In this document: one piece after another, positions 57,325 through 61,193 of the stretch
How the letters are laid out: each line of letters begins with the position of its first letter
How positions within the stretch are numbered: the first letter of the stretch is position 1
Assembly (NCBI GenBank): GCA_964485195.1
Contig: CAZAIK010000003.1
Coordinates: 64,800 to 125,992, forward strand
DNA from: an uncultured Methanosarcinales archaeon
GTDB lineage: Archaea; Nanobdellota; Nanobdellia; Woesearchaeales; CAIVOO01
Reading direction: 5' to 3'
Length of the DNA: 61,193 bases
Program-made: the position numbers and the translations under genes
The notes under the pieces: generated by a model
Seen by the model: only the letters and a program-made list of their open reading frames with translations
What the model was told of the DNA's origin: nothing
The model's database searches: none

Positions 57325-58043
57325 CACATCTGTTACTTTCACTCCGAAAAGCTACTGACTATCAAAGATAGCGGACAAACATTTCTGCTTGCCTCCTCTG
57401 CTCGCACAGAGGGTCGGACTATATCTTCATTTGACTCTCAGTATCAAATGTCTGGCGTATAGTCTCTGAGGATTTTAGATACCTGGGCAATGTATGCCGA
57501 TTCATTTGAGAAGCTAATTTTGCAATTTTATGCAGGCCTTTTTCATCCAAATGCTCTTTACGATTAATTCGATTTAAAATCTCCTTAAAAAGCAAAAAGT
57601 CATTCCTTTTTTTTGTCATTAAAGGATTCCTTTCGAAAAACCTAATGAGTTTTTTCAAATCATCAAGTTTTCTGACCCTTAACTCAAACCTGTCGCCGTG
57701 ATTTCTTCTTATGTCCCCATATCCGAGAGTATTTTGAATTTTCTTTAAAATTTTAATGTCTCGTTTATGTTGCACAATGCGAAATTCCGGCAACACCTGC
57801 CATTTAAGAGTCATTTTGGGAATCCTGTTGATGCCCACATAAAAACATCCTTCTCCATCGGCAAATCCTGAGACCCATTTTGTATCTAACCTTTCCTGCT
57901 GGTTGTCTGCACCCATAGCATTTTTACTGCAATTTATAATTAAATACTTTGTTAGTACCTGTCCAGTACAAATCGCTAGTAGCTTGGGATACACCAGATT
58001 TCCCAGCATATAGCCAGATTTTACTAAGGCAACTTTAGTGCTC
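57325..58043 (-). mobile_element. Group I intron in 23S rRNA at E. coli-equivalent position 1931 (719 nt)
   Basis: Interrupts CUUAAGGU^AGCGAAAU; IGS GCCUUA, P AUGCUGGGAAA, Q AACCAGCAGG, R UCAGAGACUA, S AAGAUAUAGUC, terminal G. Confidence 0.93.
57419..57916 (-). CDS. Single-motif LAGLIDADG homing endonuclease
   Basis: WVSGFADGEGCF, FRIVQH, PL.TKK..DF..F; ATG at 57916. Confidence 0.93.
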   Translation of the reverse strand: MGADNQQERLDTKWVSGFADGEGCFYVGINRIPKMTLKWQVLPEFRIVQHKRDIKILKKIQNTLGYGDIRRNHGDRFELRVRKLDDLKKLIRFFERNPLMTKKRNDFLLFKEILNRINRKEHLDEKGLHKIAKLASQMNRHTLPRYLKSSETIRQTFDTESQMKI

Positions 58044-60278
58044 ACCTTAAGAGAGTTATAGTTACCCCCGCCGTTTACCAGTCCTTAGCTTCCTTGAAAA
58101 GAAGTTTTAGATCCTGGCACTGGGCAGGCGTCACCTTTCATACACATCCTTGCGGACTAGCGAAAGGTTAAGTTTTTGTTAAACAGTCGGACCCCCCTAG
58201 TCATTGCACCCTGCAAACGCGCGTCAAGCACACATCAGCAGGGATCCCTTATGCCGAAGGCACGGGACCAATTTGCCGAATTCCCTTACCTGGATTACTC
58301 CCTCACACCTTAGGCTGCTCACCTAGGGGCACCTGTGCCGGTTCTGGGTATAGTTAGTAAGAATTTTTCCGGATTCCTTTTTCACGGACTCCGGGCCTCA
58401 GCAGAACGCCTCATACGAGACGCTCATCCCAACTTAATCAGGTTCTCATCATTACAATACTTCCCTGACACGGTTTGGTTGACAATAACGACAGTCATTG
58501 TCTGCCTAGCCAGAAGTGTCGGAAATCCGGCTTGTGTTGCCACGCATATCTTACTAGTACAGGAATATTAACCTGTTTCCCTTTCCCTAAGACTCGGTTA
58601 CGAGCTTAGGTTAGGACTAACTAACTCTTGGCTGAACTGCATTGCCAAGAAACCCTTGCCCTTTCGGTGACAGAGATTCTCACTCTGCTATGATCCTACT
58701 ACCACCAGGATTTTTGTTTTCGCAAGGTCCATGCTTTCTCTCGAAAACACTTCTGCCCTCACGAAACACCTGCCTATCACAGCCTTTTGGGCTGTCCAAA
58801 GTATCGGTAACTGACTTAGCCCCGTCCATTTTCGAGGCACGCACCCTTGACAAGTAAGCTGTTACGCACTTTTTAAAGGGTGGCTGCTTCTAAGCCTACC
58901 TCCTTGCTGTCTAGGGATGCGCACTCTCTTCACCCTTTAACACTTAGTCAGTTTTAGGGACCTTAACTCTGGTCTGGGTTGTTCCCCTCTCGGACCCCAA
59001 GTTTACCCCGGAGCCCCGTCTCCCAGCTTCTACGACGTTGAGATATTCGGAGTTGGACAAGAAGCCGAAGGATTTCTCCCCCTAAACCCCAGATCCGTAT
59101 CTCTACCCTCTCAACAGTCTCAGCCGAGGCTTGACTTAGGCCAACTTCGGCAGGAACCAGCTATCACCGAGCTCGATTGGCTTTTTACCCCTATTCCCAG
59201 GTTAGAAGAGCGCGTGCATGCAGCACCTCTGCAGGCCTCCACAAGGTTTTACCCTCACTTCACCTTACCCAGGAATAGATCGCCCGGTTTCGGGTAGCAT
59301 TCAAGTGACTATGCCCATCTTCACAGGCCCGGCCCTCGTTGCCTGCGGCCGAGTTGGTTTCCCTTAGGATGCTCTTTTACAGATTATCCTCGCCACTCAA
59401 ATGCACTCCCTGGCACGTTTTTCAAAACGCACGACAGAACTCCGAAGAGCCCTGTCCCACTATAGCTACTAGGTTTCAGGATCTTTTGAATCCCTGTCAA
59501 GGGTTCTTTTCAACTTTCCCTCACGGTACTCGTACGCTATCGGTCTCAGCACATATTTAGGATTGGAAGTTGATGGCTCCCAAGTTCCCGCTTCATCTCC
59601 GAGAAACGGTAATCAGCAGACTGCCACGTCCTCCTTCTTTAGTCTACGGGGCTTTCACCCTTTTCCGCGCTACGTTCCAGCAGACTTCGACTCGGAAGGA
59701 TAGGACTAAAAGGCAGTGCTATAACCCCACATCCCTGACACATTACTGCGCCAGATTCGGATTGTCCTGTGCCGCTTTCACTCGCTGTTACTCACAGCAT
59801 CTCAATTGATTTCTTTTCCTGGCGTTACTAAGACGTTTCAATTCACGCCGTTCCCTGCCCTTTCGGGCCTATTGAGAAGTCTCATTCGGAAATCCCCGGT
59901 TCAATAGATGCATGCGCTTCGCCGGGGCTTTTCGCAGCTTGCCACGTCCTTCATCGGAGTCTGAGCCAAGTCATCCACCTAGCAGCATTAGAGAGATATC
60001 ATCCGGTGTACGCGGCTTTCATAATGAAAATGAATGAAAGCCGTGATCCAGTACTGGTTAATTACTGAACCACTTCACTTGAATGTGTGAATGTGACATG
60101 TTGCATTAAAATTCCGACTTCGTTCCCTGTCGAAATTTTTACTGCATGATAATCCCGATTCCCTCGGTTTTATCTGGTTTTGATGGGCTGTTGGGCAGCG
60201 AAAATCAGAGATTTTCTGGTCCGCCGGCTCCAGTGCTGATGTTTAACCTTTGTTAAACGTCGCTTTTTGCTTTGAAAC

Positions 60279-60350
60279 TGGACCCGTCGGGATTTGAACC
60301 CGAGACCCCCGCTTTGCAAGAGCGGTGCTCTACCACTGAGCTACGGGCCC
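60279..60350 (-). tRNA. tRNA-Ala(UGC) in the 16S-23S spacer
   Basis: GGGCCCG acceptor with G3:U70, anticodon arm CCGCU-CUUGCAA-AGCGG, GGUUCAAAUCC. Confidence 0.97.
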
Positions 60351-60447
60351 GCTGTCAATCTGAGCAGCGGCTTCGTGGCGGAGCGCCGCTTTTTCGTGAG
60401 TGTGAATATATGAATACTGAGTTTTGGATATCAGTTTTACAATAAAA

Positions 60448-60567
60448 TATTGTAAAAGGAGGTGATCCATCCGGCAGGCAGCGTAAACTCGCTTTGCTCG
60501 TTTACTGGTCTGCGGATGTCTTTCGACATGTTTTTCCGAACGGATTTTCATCCTTTTTTATTGTAAA

Positions 60568-60584
<17 letters not shown>
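60448..60584 (-). repeat. 26-bp exact direct repeat duplicating the 16S 3' end/anti-SD
   Basis: TATTGTAAAAGGAGGTGATCCATCCG at 60448-60473 and 60559-60584. Confidence 0.9.

Positions 60585-61193
<609 letters not shown>

Larger units (their letters stand above)
56381..60001 (-). rRNA. rrl: 23S rRNA (about 2.9 kb exons plus one intron)
   Basis: Sarcin-ricin loop AGUACGAGAGGAAC, PTC motifs, GCAUCUAAGC; ends estimated from the terminal helix. Confidence 0.97.

Noticed and set aside
57917..58045. 43-aa N-terminal extension of the homing endonuclease from the GTG at 58045
   Set aside because: The GTG straddles the 5' splice site and the region is ribozyme P1-P5; the ATG at 57916 with an upstream TATA is the more plausible start.

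Overview
Chromosomal segment of an archaeon, most likely a DPANN/Woesearchaeota-type organism. This is inferred from archaeal rRNA signatures, AglB, NurA/HerA, Trm11, TATA-type leaderless promoters and DPANN-style surface proteins. From left to right it holds: housekeeping and RNA-modification genes (presenilin-like protease, TrpRS, HerA-like ATPase, N-half of RqcH/NFACT, an unannotated decayed NOL1/NOP2/Sun methyltransferase, Pcm, Trm11); an orphan TadB/TadC-like pair, PfkB and NurA; two tandem Kelch-propeller surface proteins; TopA; Ig-repeat/S-layer-like proteins; an AglB-linked glycosylation island (heptosyltransferase, RfaE-II, sulfotransferases, MNT-HEPN module); a stand-alone 5S rRNA; and a minus-strand 16S-tRNA(Ala)-23S operon whose 23S carries a group I intron with a LAGLIDADG gene. 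The strongest signals not covered by the ORF track are four. (1) Three copies of a ~150-bp MITE-like element, each with its own 8-9 bp target-site duplication and compensatory internal base pairing. (2) A duplicated 16S 3' end (helix-45-like stem plus second anti-SD) in the rRNA spacer. (3) Covarying substitutions in the decoding centre and peptidyl-transferase centre. (4) Nested-domain Kelch/dockerin surface paralogs with an adenine-poor second copy. All calls come from reading the sequence; no database search was run.
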